Shown here: one piece after another, positions 41,224 to 51,217 of the stretch
Layout: the number at the start of each line of letters is the position of its first letter
Numbering within the stretch: position 1 is the first letter of the stretch
Translations under genes and position numbers: made by a program
Notes under the pieces: generated by a model
The model's database searches: none
What the model was told of the DNA's origin: nothing
Seen by the model: the letters and a program-made list of their open reading frames with translations, nothing else
NCBI GenBank assembly: GCA_903916735.1
Contig: CAIWXX010000003.1
Location: forward strand, 974 to 64,973
Origin: an uncultured Acidobacteriota bacterium
Lineage (GTDB): Bacteria > Acidobacteriota > CAIWXX01
Direction: 5' to 3'
DNA: 64,000 nt

Positions 41224-41843
41224 TGATCACTCGGCCTCGGATCGGAGTTCTTGCACTTCAGGGTGATTTCGCGAAGCACGCGGAGGCGCTTGCAGCTGCA
41301 GGCGCCTCCGTGAATGAAGTGCGTGTGCCGTCACAACTTGAGGCTCTCGACGGCCTGATCATCCCCGGCGGAGAAAGTACGACGTTGCTCAAACTCATGG
41401 AAGGCACGACCTTCATCGACGACATCCGCCGCTTCCATGGAAGAGGTGGAGCCATTTACGGCACATGCGCCGGACTTATCCTGCTGGCGAAGCAGGTGAG
41501 GAACCCGATGCAGCGGTCTCTCGAGTTGCTGGATGCAGAAGTTCTTCGAAACGGCTATGGCCGTCAGATCGAAAGCTTCGAAAAGCAGGCGCCGATCAAG
41601 TGCCTGGGCAACCCACCATTCCGAATGATCTTCATTCGGGCTCCGACCATCGAAACCCTGGGACGCGGTGTTGAGATCCTTGCCACATGTAATAACCGCC
41701 CTGTTATGGTGCGAAGCGGCCGGCTTCTCGCCACAACTTTCCACCCCGAGTTAACCCCGGATATCCGGATCCACAAGTTCTTTGCGGTGATGTGCATGGA
41801 ATGCGCCGCCGTTGATACGGGAGAGGTTTGCGGCGTCAGGTAG
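41223..41843 (+). CDS. pdxT: Pyridoxal 5'-phosphate synthase glutaminase subunit
   Basis: GVLALQG, PGGEST, GTCAG, FIRAP, FHPE; TGATG coupling to pdxS. Confidence 0.97.
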   Translation: MITRPRIGVLALQGDFAKHAEALAAAGASVNEVRVPSQLEALDGLIIPGGESTTLLKLMEGTTFIDDIRRFHGRGGAIYGTCAGLILLAKQVRNPMQRSLELLDAEVLRNGYGRQIESFEKQAPIKCLGNPPFRMIFIRAPTIETLGRGVEILATCNNRPVMVRSGRLLATTFHPELTPDIRIHKFFAVMCMECAAVDTGEVCGVR

Positions 41844-41860
41844 GTCGCTGCATGGAATTA

Positions 41861-42277
41861 TCATTCCGGCGTGATTGAGATTCGTCGGCGATCATCACCG
41901 TCATGCGAAAATTCCAGTCGGTAGGTGGGATTCAGCGTTGGAGTTGTCCAATGCTGTGCCCATTCGACCACGAGAATCGAGTCTGGTGCAACAAACTCCT
42001 CCAGAACGAGCTCATCGATGGCCTCAGATGACTCGATACGGTAGAGATCTACATGATGCAGATTGAGGCTCCCACTGTAACTCTGCAGCAGAGTGAAGGA
42101 TGGGCTTGTCACTGTGTGAGGCAGAATCCTGAGTGCTGAAGCCATGCCTTTGACAAACACCGTTTTCCCACATCCAAAATCACCGCATAGAAAGATGATC
42201 TCCCCGCCTTTCAAGCGGGAGGCGAGTTCAGCGCCGTATGCCAGAGTTTCCTCTTCGGATCGGGAGATGTGAATCAC
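41861..42277 (-). CDS. tsaE: t6A biosynthesis ATPase TsaE
   Basis: GDFGCGKT, VTSPSF, HVDLYR, VEW. Confidence 0.95.
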   Translation of the reverse strand: MIHISRSEEETLAYGAELASRLKGGEIIFLCGDFGCGKTVFVKGMASALRILPHTVTSPSFTLLQSYSGSLNLHHVDLYRIESSEAIDELVLEEFVAPDSILVVEWAQHWTTPTLNPTYRLEFSHDGDDRRRISITPE

Positions 42278-42290
42278 GAATGATGCCGAT

Positions 42291-43862
42291 TCATTGCCGG
42301 TGGGTTCCAGATTGACTGCGTAATTTAATAAACGCAGTGGGTAGAAACTTGATGATATCTGTTGCGATCAGAGAAATCTCACCGAGATCGTTGGCGGCGA
42401 GGTCCCCGGCTAGCCCGTGAACATAGACGCCCAGGTTGACGGCTTCTGGTAAAGGCATCCCCTGTGACAGCAATCCTCCGATGATCCCTGTTAGCACATC
42501 TCCACTGCCGCCCGTCGCCATCCCGGGGTTGCCGGTCGGATTGACATAAACCCAGCCATCGGGCGTCGCGATCACGGTGCGATATCCTTTGAGTACGACA
42601 TAGATTCTGAGCTCGCATGCGATCTTCGATGCGATGGTCGGCCGGTCGCGCAGGATCTCACCGACGGTCCTGCCGTCGAGTCGCGCCAATTCACCGGGGT
42701 GTGGTGTGATCACAAGTGGGGGAAAGTCCTCTGGGGACTTGAGCAGATCAATGCTGCCGCTGAAGCTATTGATGCCATCGGCGTCGAGAACAACGGGCAC
42801 CTTACGAGTCCTGACAATCTGCTTGATGGCGCAAACAGTCACGGGATGAGTGGTCAGGCCCGGCCCGATGATGAGAACATCCTTTCCAGCAGAGAGTTCC
42901 CGCACTCGATCCAGCGCCGCCATCGAAAGAGAACCGATTTCGGTTTCATCGAGCGGTTCGGTCATGATCTCAGGGGCGCCGGCGGCAACGATCGGGAGAC
43001 AGCTTCGAGGTGTCGCCACCGTCACCAGGCCGGCGCCGGCACGCAATGCCGCTATTCCCGTCATGACCGCAGCGCCGGTCTTGCCGGTTGAGCCGGCGAT
43101 GACAAGGGCGTGGCCGTAGCTCCCCTTGTGCGAATCGCGGCGTCGAGTTGCAAGAAGCGTCCCAATCGTTCCATCCAGAAACTCCATCCGATGACTTGGA
43201 TTTTCCAACAGGTTTTGTGGGATGCCGATCGGAACCACCTCCACATCTCCGCAATATTTCGCAGCCGGCGGGAAGACGTGGCATCTTTTCAAGCATTGCA
43301 ATGAGACCGTCAGGTTAGCTTGAATGGCGGGTCCGATGATTTCTCCGGTATCACTTGAGAGCCCCGACGGAACATCTATGGAAATGATCTTCTTGCCGGA
43401 GGAATTCAGATCATCGATCACGAGCGCGTAGAGGCCCGAGGCGGCGGTTGTGAGCCCGGTGCCGAAAATCGCATCCACCACCATATCGGTTTCTTCCTCA
43501 GACCAGGCGCGATGCCAGGCTGTTTTATCGGTGACCTCGGTGATTTTGACACCGGCGGCCATCATCATTTCGAGGTTGGTCAAGGCGTCGCCTTTCAGGT
43601 CACGAGCCGTGGCAAGCAGGATAGCGCGGACTGTGCCACCTCGGGTGGCGATATGCCGCGCCGTGGCCAGCCCATCTCCACCGTTGTTCCCTTTGCCGCA
43701 AACGACCGTCACCTTCAGCGAATTAAGATCGGGGAAACGTCGAGTCAACGCGTCATAAGCTTGTAGTGAAGCGTTCTCCATGAGCGTGTGGCCGAAGATT
43801 CCAAGATCCTCAATACACGTCCGATCCACGGATCTCATCTCAGCTGCCGTCAGTATCTTCAT
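42291..43862 (-). CDS. nnr: Bifunctional NAD(P)H-hydrate epimerase/dehydratase
   Basis: LMENA, GKGNNGGDG, DAIFGTG, HKGSYG, DADG, TPHPGE, GMATGGSGDVL. Confidence 0.97.
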   Translation of the reverse strand: MKILTAAEMRSVDRTCIEDLGIFGHTLMENASLQAYDALTRRFPDLNSLKVTVVCGKGNNGGDGLATARHIATRGGTVRAILLATARDLKGDALTNLEMMMAAGVKITEVTDKTAWHRAWSEEETDMVVDAIFGTGLTTAASGLYALVIDDLNSSGKKIISIDVPSGLSSDTGEIIGPAIQANLTVSLQCLKRCHVFPPAAKYCGDVEVVPIGIPQNLLENPSHRMEFLDGTIGTLLATRRRDSHKGSYGHALVIAGSTGKTGAAVMTGIAALRAGAGLVTVATPRSCLPIVAAGAPEIMTEPLDETEIGSLSMAALDRVRELSAGKDVLIIGPGLTTHPVTVCAIKQIVRTRKVPVVLDADGINSFSGSIDLLKSPEDFPPLVITPHPGELARLDGRTVGEILRDRPTIASKIACELRIYVVLKGYRTVIATPDGWVYVNPTGNPGMATGGSGDVLTGIIGGLLSQGMPLPEAVNLGVYVHGLAGDLAANDLGEISLIATDIIKFLPTAFIKLRSQSGTHRQ

Positions 43863-43868
43863 CTATGA

Positions 43869-44034
43869 ACTCCCTGTCGAAAAGTACCCATCGGGTGGCC
43901 TACCGACCCCTCTAGGAGTTTGACATACAATTAATGGACTGAGGAGGGGTGAGAGGGGTTAGAGCCGCTACTGCCGAGCGGCTGGCCCAGGTCCGCGGCC
44001 CCTGACTCCCTGTCGATTTAGCAGTACACATCGG
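43869..44034. repeat. Imperfect direct repeats flanking a 110-bp structured segment
   Basis: ACTCCCTGTCGA-AA-AGTACCCATCGG (43869-43894) and ACTCCCTGTCGA-TTTAGC-AGTACACATCGG (44005-44034). Confidence 0.75.
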
Positions 44035-44118
44035 CGAAGCACGATCACTCCATTCGCAACATTTCCACGCTCAACCATTGTTCAGTGAGATTCGGAAACC
44101 AATTAGCGGGAATTGAAG

Positions 44119-44156
44119 AAAATAGGCAGATCCGCTTAGTCAGAGGCAGATCTGCC
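44119..44156 (-). terminator. Rho-independent terminator
   Basis: On the minus strand, stem GGCAGATCTGC/GCGGATCTGCC followed by TATTTT, just after the stop at 44164. Confidence 0.75.
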
Positions 44157-44163
44157 AAAATGC

Positions 44164-44673
44164 TTATGTCGTAGACTGCGTCGAGGCTTTGGCAAATCTG
44201 ATGATTTGCAAATACTTCTTGCCGTCAACTTCTGCGATTTTCCCGTTCACCTTGATTGATATCTTCCCATGGCCGTCGGTTTTCGCGAGGTTCTTAGCTT
44301 CCGGTGTGCCCATCAGGTAATAGACGGTTTCACCGGATTTGAAGACGTGCCGGCATGTTTTATCGATTTTCAAATCACACATCGAACAACACATCTTCCC
44401 GTTCAATTCGGTTTCTTTGGCGTTTTTCATCGCCGTGGCGACTCTCTCGGCGAGTCCCTTATCCGGTATGAAGCAGCATGCCTGGTCGCCTTTTCCCTCT
44501 TGATCCATCGGGCAGCCCTTCATCTTCTGTTCAGGGCCGCTCAACGAGGCATTCGCGGCTTTCATGCAGCACCCGGGTTTTTGAGAAGCCATCGGGCATT
44601 CCTTTTTAGGCTCTTCCGCTCGTGTGAGTCCTGTTATTAGAAGGAGCGCCGCAATCGCCGTGAGTTTTTTCAT
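44164..44673 (-). CDS. Exported Cys-rich hypothetical protein
   Basis: Signal peptide MKKLTAIAALLLITG; 10 Cys including CC pairs and CCSMC..C..H; AGGAGG RBS. Confidence 0.8.
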   Translation of the reverse strand: MKKLTAIAALLLITGLTRAEEPKKECPMASQKPGCCMKAANASLSGPEQKMKGCPMDQEGKGDQACCFIPDKGLAERVATAMKNAKETELNGKMCCSMCDLKIDKTCRHVFKSGETVYYLMGTPEAKNLAKTDGHGKISIKVNGKIAEVDGKKYLQIIRFAKASTQSTT

Positions 44674-44733
44674 TTGTTATTGTCCTCCTTTTCTTTGTGG
44701 AAGAAGTATAGGTGAAGCTTGGATATGGTTCAA

Positions 44734-44761
44734 GAGATCCTTCGCTCCGTCTCAGGATGAC
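44734..44761 (+). repeat. REP-like half element GAGATCCTTCGCTCCGTCTCAGGATGAC
   Basis: Resembles the widespread GATCCTTCGCT..GCTCAGGATGAC intergenic palindromic repeat arm. Confidence 0.55.
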
Positions 44762-44928
44762 GTTTGGTTCCGCTCGGGATCTAGTGTCGGAATCTTATTC
44801 GATGTACGCGCCGTCACATTTGAGCAAGCTCATCATGCCATTCCAGGTTTGAACGGCATTCGGATTCAAGGAGGAGTGTTGTCGATCATGCTCAAAGCGG
44901 GTACTGAGCACTGAGAACCGGCAATTTG

Positions 44929-45723
44929 CTATCGAAGAATCTTGATCATCTCCTTGTGAATGTGTCCATTGGAGGCCAGAACACGAGGGTGAGCCAAGTC
45001 AATTGGCCCGCCGCTGAAGTTGGTCGCCACACCGCCGGCTTCTGTGACAATGAGCATCCCTGCTGCAACATCCCAGCACTTCAGCTTTATCTCCCAAAAA
45101 CCATCGAATCGCCCAGCCCCGACATAACAGAGATCGAGAGCCGCGGCTCCGGCACGCCTGACTGCCTGCGCTCTCCGCGCAAACCGTTCGAAATGTGCAA
45201 GATTGTTATCCGGGCTTGTACGGATGTCATAAGGGAAACCGGTTGCAAGGAGAGCCCGGTCAAGGCAATCAACAGATGAAACCCGTATCTTTCGGCCGTT
45301 GAGAAATGCTCCTCCTCCCAGCTTCCCTGTGAAGAGCTCTTGCCGGGTTGGGCAATAAACAGCTCCGATGATGACAGCATCCTGGAAAGCAAGAGCGATA
45401 CTGACACAATACACCGGGAAACCATGAGCGTAGTTCGTTGTGCCGTCTAGTGGGTCGATGATCCAACGGAATTCCGAGCGTCCGGCGGTCAGGGCGCCTT
45501 CCTCGCTGACCATATCATGTTCTGGGAACTCATCTCTCAGCCGCCGAAGAATCAGAGCCTGGCTGCGAAGATCCATTTCAGTGACAATATCAATGGTTCC
45601 CTTATGGCGGATCTTTTGCTTTCGTCCAAAACGGCTCTGCAAAAGATCCCCGGCCTCGACAGCAATTTGTTTCGCCACTTTTAGAAAACTGCAGAATTCC
45701 TTTTTCGATGGCATTTTGTTCAT
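44929..45723 (-). CDS. suhB: Inositol monophosphatase family protein
   Basis: SEE, WIIDPLDGTTNYAHG, RRAGAAALDL, WDVAAG. Confidence 0.95.
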   Translation of the reverse strand: MNKMPSKKEFCSFLKVAKQIAVEAGDLLQSRFGRKQKIRHKGTIDIVTEMDLRSQALILRRLRDEFPEHDMVSEEGALTAGRSEFRWIIDPLDGTTNYAHGFPVYCVSIALAFQDAVIIGAVYCPTRQELFTGKLGGGAFLNGRKIRVSSVDCLDRALLATGFPYDIRTSPDNNLAHFERFARRAQAVRRAGAAALDLCYVGAGRFDGFWEIKLKCWDVAAGMLIVTEAGGVATNFSGGPIDLAHPRVLASNGHIHKEMIKILR

Positions 45724-45999
45724 ATGATAATGATCATATCCTGAATGATCAGCTGGGTCGAATCAGTGTGTTAACTCTATTGCCACCAACGCTGTGAAAC
45801 CAATTCTTGTCCTTTTCCTAACTCACAAGCTTCCTCACTCTTGGACGCTCTTCCGCCCCGGCCTCTTTTCCGGTCTTAGGCGGTAATTATTTTGAGGAGG
45901 ATCGCTCTGTTTCTTTGGCTGGCCGACCTGGACCCGGATATGTACCTACATATTACCATCTTATATCACACTATCGGGCTTCATTATTCAAAGAAAATG

Positions 46000-46028
46000 T
46001 TGACCGATCCCGACTTTTGTGGCATAAT
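46000..46028 (+). promoter_or_regulatory. sigma70 promoter of carD
   Basis: TTGACC-17-CATAAT with extended -10 TG. Confidence 0.65.
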
Positions 46029-46068
46029 GCCAAGGTGAGGTTTTTATCTAGAGGTGGAAATGGGATCG

Positions 46069-46587
46069 ATGGCTTTCAAAAAAGGTGACAAGGTTGTGTA
46101 CCCCAATCACGGGATTGGCGTGATTGAGGACATCCGGGAACGGGAGTTTTTCGGCCAACAGGAGTGCTTTTACTCCTTACGAATACTGGCGAACGATACG
46201 ATGGTCATGGTCCCGCTCGCCAATGCCGACGGCGTGGGACTTCGGAAGATCATCAAAGGCCCTGACGTCGATCGGGTAATGGAGATTTTGCGGGACAGTG
46301 ACCTCGATTTACACAAAAACTGGAAAGGCCGATTCAAGGAAAACTCGAACAAAATGCGCACGGGATCGATTTACGAGGTAGCCGAGGTCTATAAAAACCT
46401 GGCCTACCTGAGCAAAAGCAAGGCGCTCTCGTATCGCGAGAAGCGGATGCTCGATAAGGCTCGGTATCTCCTTGTTTCTGAAATGGCTGTTGCTGGGCGA
46501 ATGTCTGAGAGCTTGATCGAAACAAAAATCGACGAGGCGCTTACTAGCGGAAAAACCGGGAAGAGACTCCACGTTGCTCACGCGTAG
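46069..46587 (+). CDS. carD: CarD/CdnL-family transcription factor
   Basis: FKKGDKVVYPNHGIG, VGLR, NWKGRF, LSYREKRML. Confidence 0.95.
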   Translation: MAFKKGDKVVYPNHGIGVIEDIREREFFGQQECFYSLRILANDTMVMVPLANADGVGLRKIIKGPDVDRVMEILRDSDLDLHKNWKGRFKENSNKMRTGSIYEVAEVYKNLAYLSKSKALSYREKRMLDKARYLLVSEMAVAGRMSESLIETKIDEALTSGKTGKRLHVAHA

Positions 46588-46604
46588 AATTTGATCGGTT
46601 AACC

Positions 46605-46638
46605 AAAGGCGATTCCAAACGGGGATCGCCTTTTTTTT
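46605..46638 (+). terminator. Rho-independent terminator
   Basis: AAAGGCGATTCC-aaacg-GGGATCGCC followed by T8. Confidence 0.9.
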
Positions 46639-46787
46639 ATCTTTGAAATCGATATGACGATGAAGGTTTAATCATGATTCGCCGGTGCCTGGTCCGACTG
46701 GGACCTTGGATTTTGGCTACCATGTCGCGTCTGGAACGAGTCATTTCTTCTTGGAATTCGGGCAGCCGCAAATCGAGCTGATTGTTA

Positions 46788-48095
46788 ATGTTAGCCCTCA
46801 GTATCATTTTTTTTATAATCGCACTCATCGTTGCAGCCTTTTTCGCCATGTCAGAAACGGCGATTCTGTCGATGAACAGGTTCAAGTTGGAGCATCTGGA
46901 GAGTACCGGAAATCGTACAGCAGGGAGGCTTAAGCAGCTCCGGATGAAACCCGATCGATTTCTCGCCACGGTTCTCGTTGGCAACACCTTCGTGAATGCT
47001 GCCGCTGCCTCACTCGCCACTTTCGTCTTTGGATTGGCGATTGGAACGACCGAAGAAGCGATCGTCCTGGCGACTGTTACTGTGACGCTTTTCCTTCTTG
47101 TTTTTTCGGAAATCACGCCGAAGACATATGCGAGTCACCATCCGGAGCGGATGGGATTCATCCTTTACCGTCTCATTCAGGCTGCAATGTGGTTGCTGAC
47201 TCCGATCGTCCTGGTTGTGACATGGCTCTCACGTGGCTTTCTGCGCCTTTTGGGGCTGGAGCCGGCGCCGATTCACGATCGTCTTTCAGAGGATGAATTC
47301 CGATCTATTCTGAATGTGGGGGCGGAGGAAGGTGCCATCGCTCAAACGAAGAGAAAGATGCTTTCGAGCATTTTTGATATTGCGAAAAAGAGCGTGAAGG
47401 AGGTCATGATACCCCGCACGATGATGATCATGATCGAAGAGTCAACTCCACCTGGCAAAGTTTTTGAAATTTTTGTGCATTCGGGGTTTTCCAGGATTCC
47501 TGTCTTCAGCGGCCACGCGGAAAATGTCGTCGGTACTATACATGCCAAGGATTTGCTCGGGTTATTGCAGAGAGGTGAAGAGGCGGACATCGGCCGGCTA
47601 CTTCGCAAGCCATTTTTTATTCCGGCGAGTGCACCGGTGGAAACCGCCTTGAGCGAGTTCCAGAAAGCCAAAGTCCACATGGGCATTGTTGTGGACGAGT
47701 ATGGAGGCCTGGAAGGAATCGTCACGATTGAGGACCTTATTGAAGAGATAGTGGGCGAGATACAGGATGAACATGACGAGGAAAGCGACTATCTGAGGCC
47801 ACAGCCCGATGGATCCTGTCTTATAGACGGCGGTGCCGCCATCGACAAGATCAATGAACGGTTGTCGCTCGGAATCCCTGAAGAGCCGGGGTTTATGACA
47901 ATCGCCGGCTTCATCCTTTCAAAACTCGGGAGGATCCCAAAGGAAACGGAGGCGATCGAATTCAACGGCCGTCAGTTCATTGTGGAGAAGGTCACTCGAC
48001 GGACAATTTCACTCATTCGCCTCGTCCCCGTCGCCTCGCCCCCCTGCACGCAGCTCAAAAAAAATGGGATGCCCACGAATGAAGGGGATCACTAA
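46788..48095 (+). CDS. CNNM/HlyC/CorC-family protein (DUF21-CBS-CorC)
   Basis: FFAMSETA, LVGNT, SEITPK, VMIPR, FSRIPV, VVDEYGG..GIVTIEDLIEEIVGEI. Confidence 0.93.
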   Translation: MLALSIIFFIIALIVAAFFAMSETAILSMNRFKLEHLESTGNRTAGRLKQLRMKPDRFLATVLVGNTFVNAAAASLATFVFGLAIGTTEEAIVLATVTVTLFLLVFSEITPKTYASHHPERMGFILYRLIQAAMWLLTPIVLVVTWLSRGFLRLLGLEPAPIHDRLSEDEFRSILNVGAEEGAIAQTKRKMLSSIFDIAKKSVKEVMIPRTMMIMIEESTPPGKVFEIFVHSGFSRIPVFSGHAENVVGTIHAKDLLGLLQRGEEADIGRLLRKPFFIPASAPVETALSEFQKAKVHMGIVVDEYGGLEGIVTIEDLIEEIVGEIQDEHDEESDYLRPQPDGSCLIDGGAAIDKINERLSLGIPEEPGFMTIAGFILSKLGRIPKETEAIEFNGRQFIVEKVTRRTISLIRLVPVASPPCTQLKKNGMPTNEGDH

Positions 48096-48104
48096 AAGCC
48101 CGGC

Positions 48105-48215
48105 TTACAACGACCAGCCGGATGTGAAACGTCCAATATCCAACACAGTGGCGCAGATCATGACGCCAAAGATAAAAATCCATCCGGCGATGGCCAGTGG
48201 ATAATGAAGTTTGGC
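48105..48215 (-). pseudogene. Possible C-terminal remnant of an RseP-like (M50) membrane protease
   Basis: KLHYPLAIAGWIFIFGVMICATVLDIGRF...stop resembles the last TM helix of RseP-like proteins; no start or upstream homology. Confidence 0.35.
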
Positions 48216-48365
48216 CGCGCAGGGGATTGGGCATAAGTTCGTACGATCAATGCCTTGGGGTTGATGACGGTGGGCTCCCGCAATCCGACAGGCCTCTCTC
48301 TATGCCTTGATTCAAGCGGCAGCGGGTGCTAGGCTTCTCACCGAGATCCCCCGGGAGGGTTTTCC

Positions 48366-48779
48366 GTGAAAGTGAAGTTTATCGTCGGCTTTGTCATCAT
48401 CGCTGCCGCGATCGTCTGGTTGGCAGCCACCGGTTTCAAGGGTGCCAAATCTTACTACAAGACGGTCGATGAGCTGTCGGCGATGGGAGAGGATGCGCAC
48501 ACTTACCGGCTGAAGGTGGCCGGTGAAATCGTTCCGGGGTCGATCAGAAGAAGCGCCGGACGGGTTGATTTTGTGATTACACAAAGGGGGAAAACACTGA
48601 AGGTGAGCTACATCGGGAACAGCCCTCTTCCCGATACGGTTGTCGACAAGGCTCAGATTGTCATTGAAGGAAAATACCGGCGCGAAGGTGATTTCCAGGC
48701 CGATGCGCTGCAAGCCAAATGCGCATCAAAATACCAGGCTGTCAATAGGAATCCGACAGCCAGGCCTTCCGGGATGTAG
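48366..48779 (+). CDS. ccmE: Heme chaperone CcmE, CxxxY variant
   Basis: N-terminal TM, YYKTVDEL, PLPD, AKCASKY. Confidence 0.93.
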   Translation: MKVKFIVGFVIIAAAIVWLAATGFKGAKSYYKTVDELSAMGEDAHTYRLKVAGEIVPGSIRRSAGRVDFVITQRGKTLKVSYIGNSPLPDTVVDKAQIVIEGKYRREGDFQADALQAKCASKYQAVNRNPTARPSGM

Positions 48780-48808
48780 GATAGGATACCGAGCAGGTAC
48801 CGCACGGC

Positions 48809-50797
48809 ATGGCAAACATAGGCGGTTTCGCGCTCCTGTGCATACTCGTTATTTCCTGTTTCGGTTTTATCGCGGCTCTTCTCGGGCGGCGCCCCGAGAC
48901 CCGCCGGTTTGAAAAAGTGGCCGAGCATGCGGTCTATGCCTGCTTTGCGCTTTATCTGATGGCGACTGCTTCGCTTATATATCTCCTCGGCACGAGTCAA
49001 TTCGCTTATGCCTACGTGGCAAACGAAACAAACCGTGAGCTGCCGTTTTTTTTCAAGTTGACCGCCGTGTGGGCAGGCCAGGAAGGATCGCTCCTCTTCT
49101 GGGGATTCCTCCTCTCGATTTATGCCGCTGCAATCGTGGCCGGGTACAGGAAGAAATTCCCCGAACTGATGCCCTATATTTCGATGGTGTTTCTCATAAC
49201 GATCTTCTTCTTTTCGATTCTGCACATCTTCGTCTCTCATCCCTTCAATGAACTGGCATTGGTTCAGCCTGATGGTTCACTGACTGCCTTTGTACCGGAA
49301 GATGGGCAGGGCTTGAACCCGCTCCTCCAACACTGGGCGATGATCATCCATCCGCCGCTGCTTTACCTTGGATATGTCGGATGCATTGTACCTTTCGCTT
49401 TTGCCATCGCAGCGCTTGCAACGCGGAGGACGAGCGTTGACTGGATTCGCGCCACACGCCGCTGGACGCTGATCGCATGGTTCTTCCTCGGCGCAGGTAT
49501 TCTGCTGGGAGCCAAATGGGCCTATGCCGTGCTGGGCTGGGGCGGATACTGGAGCTGGGATCCAGTCGAAAACGCGTCACTCATGCCCTGGCTCACGATG
49601 ACGGTTTTCCTGCACTCGGTGATGCCTCAGGAACGTCGGGGGATGCTGAAGGTCTGGAATATGAGCCTCGTGACACTCTCCTTTGCCCTCTCGATTTTTG
49701 GAACTTTTCTGACTCGTAGCGGAATTGTTTCTTCAGTCCACGCTTTCGGAGCATCATCAATCGGGACCTATTTCGCTGTTTTTCTCTGCATCATCATCGC
49801 TGTGTCGGGCTTCCTGATTCTCACGAGGCTCTCGCACCTGAAAAGCGAGAACCGACTCGATTCCATCTTCTCCCGCGAAAGCGCTTTCTTTTTTAACAAT
49901 CTGATCCTCCTCGGAGCCTGTCTGGCCGTGCTTTGGGGGACGATGTATCCGGTGATTTCCGAGGCTCTTGAAGGGCAGAAGATTACCGTTGGAGCAACCT
50001 TCTTCAACCGGATTAATGTTCCGATCGGCATTTTCCTGCTTTTGGTTATCGGCGTTTGTCCTTTCTTTACGTGGAAACGGACGTCACTCGATAGCCTCCG
50101 GCGCAATCTCCTCCTTCCGATTCTCTGCGGTATTCTCTCTGCCATTCTGCTTGTGATGTCCGGCATGCGCGTACCGGCGGCTATTGCGACGATCTCTTGC
50201 GGCGTCATTGTCATTGTGACGATCGCGATCGAGTTTTATCGAGGAGCTCGAATGCGACACATGAATTCGTCGGACGCCTATCCGGTGGCGCTCTTTCGGC
50301 TGATCATGAAAAATAAGAGACGATACGGCGGATATTTTGTGCATATTTCCATCGTCATGCTCTTTGTCGGTTTCGCCGGCGCCATTTACAATTCGGAGTT
50401 CAAGGCGGAATTAAAGCAGGGCGAGGCTGCGCAATTTGGCAAATATCTCATCCAATGCGCAGGGGTGACCGAGGGGGAGAACCCGAATTATTTCACTTAC
50501 AAAGCATACCTGCACATCATAAGAGGCGAGACAGACCTAGGGGTGCTCTCGCCTGAGCGCCGTTTTTACAAGGCCAGCCAGCAACCGTCATCGGAGGTCG
50601 CCATTCATACGTCACTGATCGAGGATCTCTATCTGGTTTTCGCCGGAATGTCGGATGACGGGCAACGCGCCGTCATCCAGATCTATGCCAATCCACTCGT
50701 CACCTGGATCTGGTTGGGCGGACTCGTGTTTGTTCTGGGTAGTCTCATCGCAATCCTGCCTGACAGGATGGGAACCGGTGACACGCGTGGCGCATAA
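48809..50797 (+). CDS. ccmF: Cytochrome c biogenesis heme lyase CcmF
   Basis: WAGQEGSLL, GLNPLLQ, IHPP, WGGYWSWDPVEN, TRSG..SVHAF. Confidence 0.97.
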   Translation: MANIGGFALLCILVISCFGFIAALLGRRPETRRFEKVAEHAVYACFALYLMATASLIYLLGTSQFAYAYVANETNRELPFFFKLTAVWAGQEGSLLFWGFLLSIYAAAIVAGYRKKFPELMPYISMVFLITIFFFSILHIFVSHPFNELALVQPDGSLTAFVPEDGQGLNPLLQHWAMIIHPPLLYLGYVGCIVPFAFAIAALATRRTSVDWIRATRRWTLIAWFFLGAGILLGAKWAYAVLGWGGYWSWDPVENASLMPWLTMTVFLHSVMPQERRGMLKVWNMSLVTLSFALSIFGTFLTRSGIVSSVHAFGASSIGTYFAVFLCIIIAVSGFLILTRLSHLKSENRLDSIFSRESAFFFNNLILLGACLAVLWGTMYPVISEALEGQKITVGATFFNRINVPIGIFLLLVIGVCPFFTWKRTSLDSLRRNLLLPILCGILSAILLVMSGMRVPAAIATISCGVIVIVTIAIEFYRGARMRHMNSSDAYPVALFRLIMKNKRRYGGYFVHISIVMLFVGFAGAIYNSEFKAELKQGEAAQFGKYLIQCAGVTEGENPNYFTYKAYLHIIRGETDLGVLSPERRFYKASQQPSSEVAIHTSLIEDLYLVFAGMSDDGQRAVIQIYANPLVTWIWLGGLVFVLGSLIAILPDRMGTGDTRGA

Positions 50798-50824
50798 AAT
50801 GATTTCTACCACGGGAGAGCGTAC

Positions 50825-51217
50825 ATGACGGGAATCGCTCTCGTTGCCGTGGTTGTCCTGGTTTTTGGATTTGTTCTCATGCCTCTTTTCAAGAAGAAAC
50901 CGGAAGACGCGCAGGATCTCAAATCTACGCAAAAGGATCTGCGCGAACGGGAGATGCACGAACGGATCCTCGAAAATTTAGCCGACCTGGATGACCAGCT
51001 TCAGATGGGGAAACTCGACCGCTCAGATTATGAGAGGCTTCGCAGGGAAGTGGAAGGTGAAGGAACGGAGTTGAATGCCGTACAGACGTCGGTCGATGTG
51101 GAGGCGACGCATCGCACGACATCGCAGAAGAGAAAGTCTTGCATCAAATGCAATGCGGTCAATCCTTATGGCAATCGGTTCTGCAAGGAATGTGGAGCGA
51201 AAATTGGTGCTGAATAA
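50825..51217 (+). CDS. CcmI-N-terminal-like membrane protein with C-terminal zinc ribbon
   Basis: TM; LADLDDQLQMGKL...DY; CIKC...FCKECG. Confidence 0.75.
   Translation: MTGIALVAVVVLVFGFVLMPLFKKKPEDAQDLKSTQKDLREREMHERILENLADLDDQLQMGKLDRSDYERLRREVEGEGTELNAVQTSVDVEATHRTTSQKRKSCIKCNAVNPYGNRFCKECGAKIGAE

Noticed and set aside
43869..44034. 6S RNA, glmS ribozyme or two-unit CRISPR interpretation of the repeats
   Set aside because: Lacks the 6S and glmS conserved cores; only two unequal repeats, a 110-bp spacer and no cas genes.
45722..45739. Fur-box-like palindrome ATATGAT-AATG-ATCATAT at the suhB start
   Set aside because: Only a partial match to the Fur consensus and no iron-related target.
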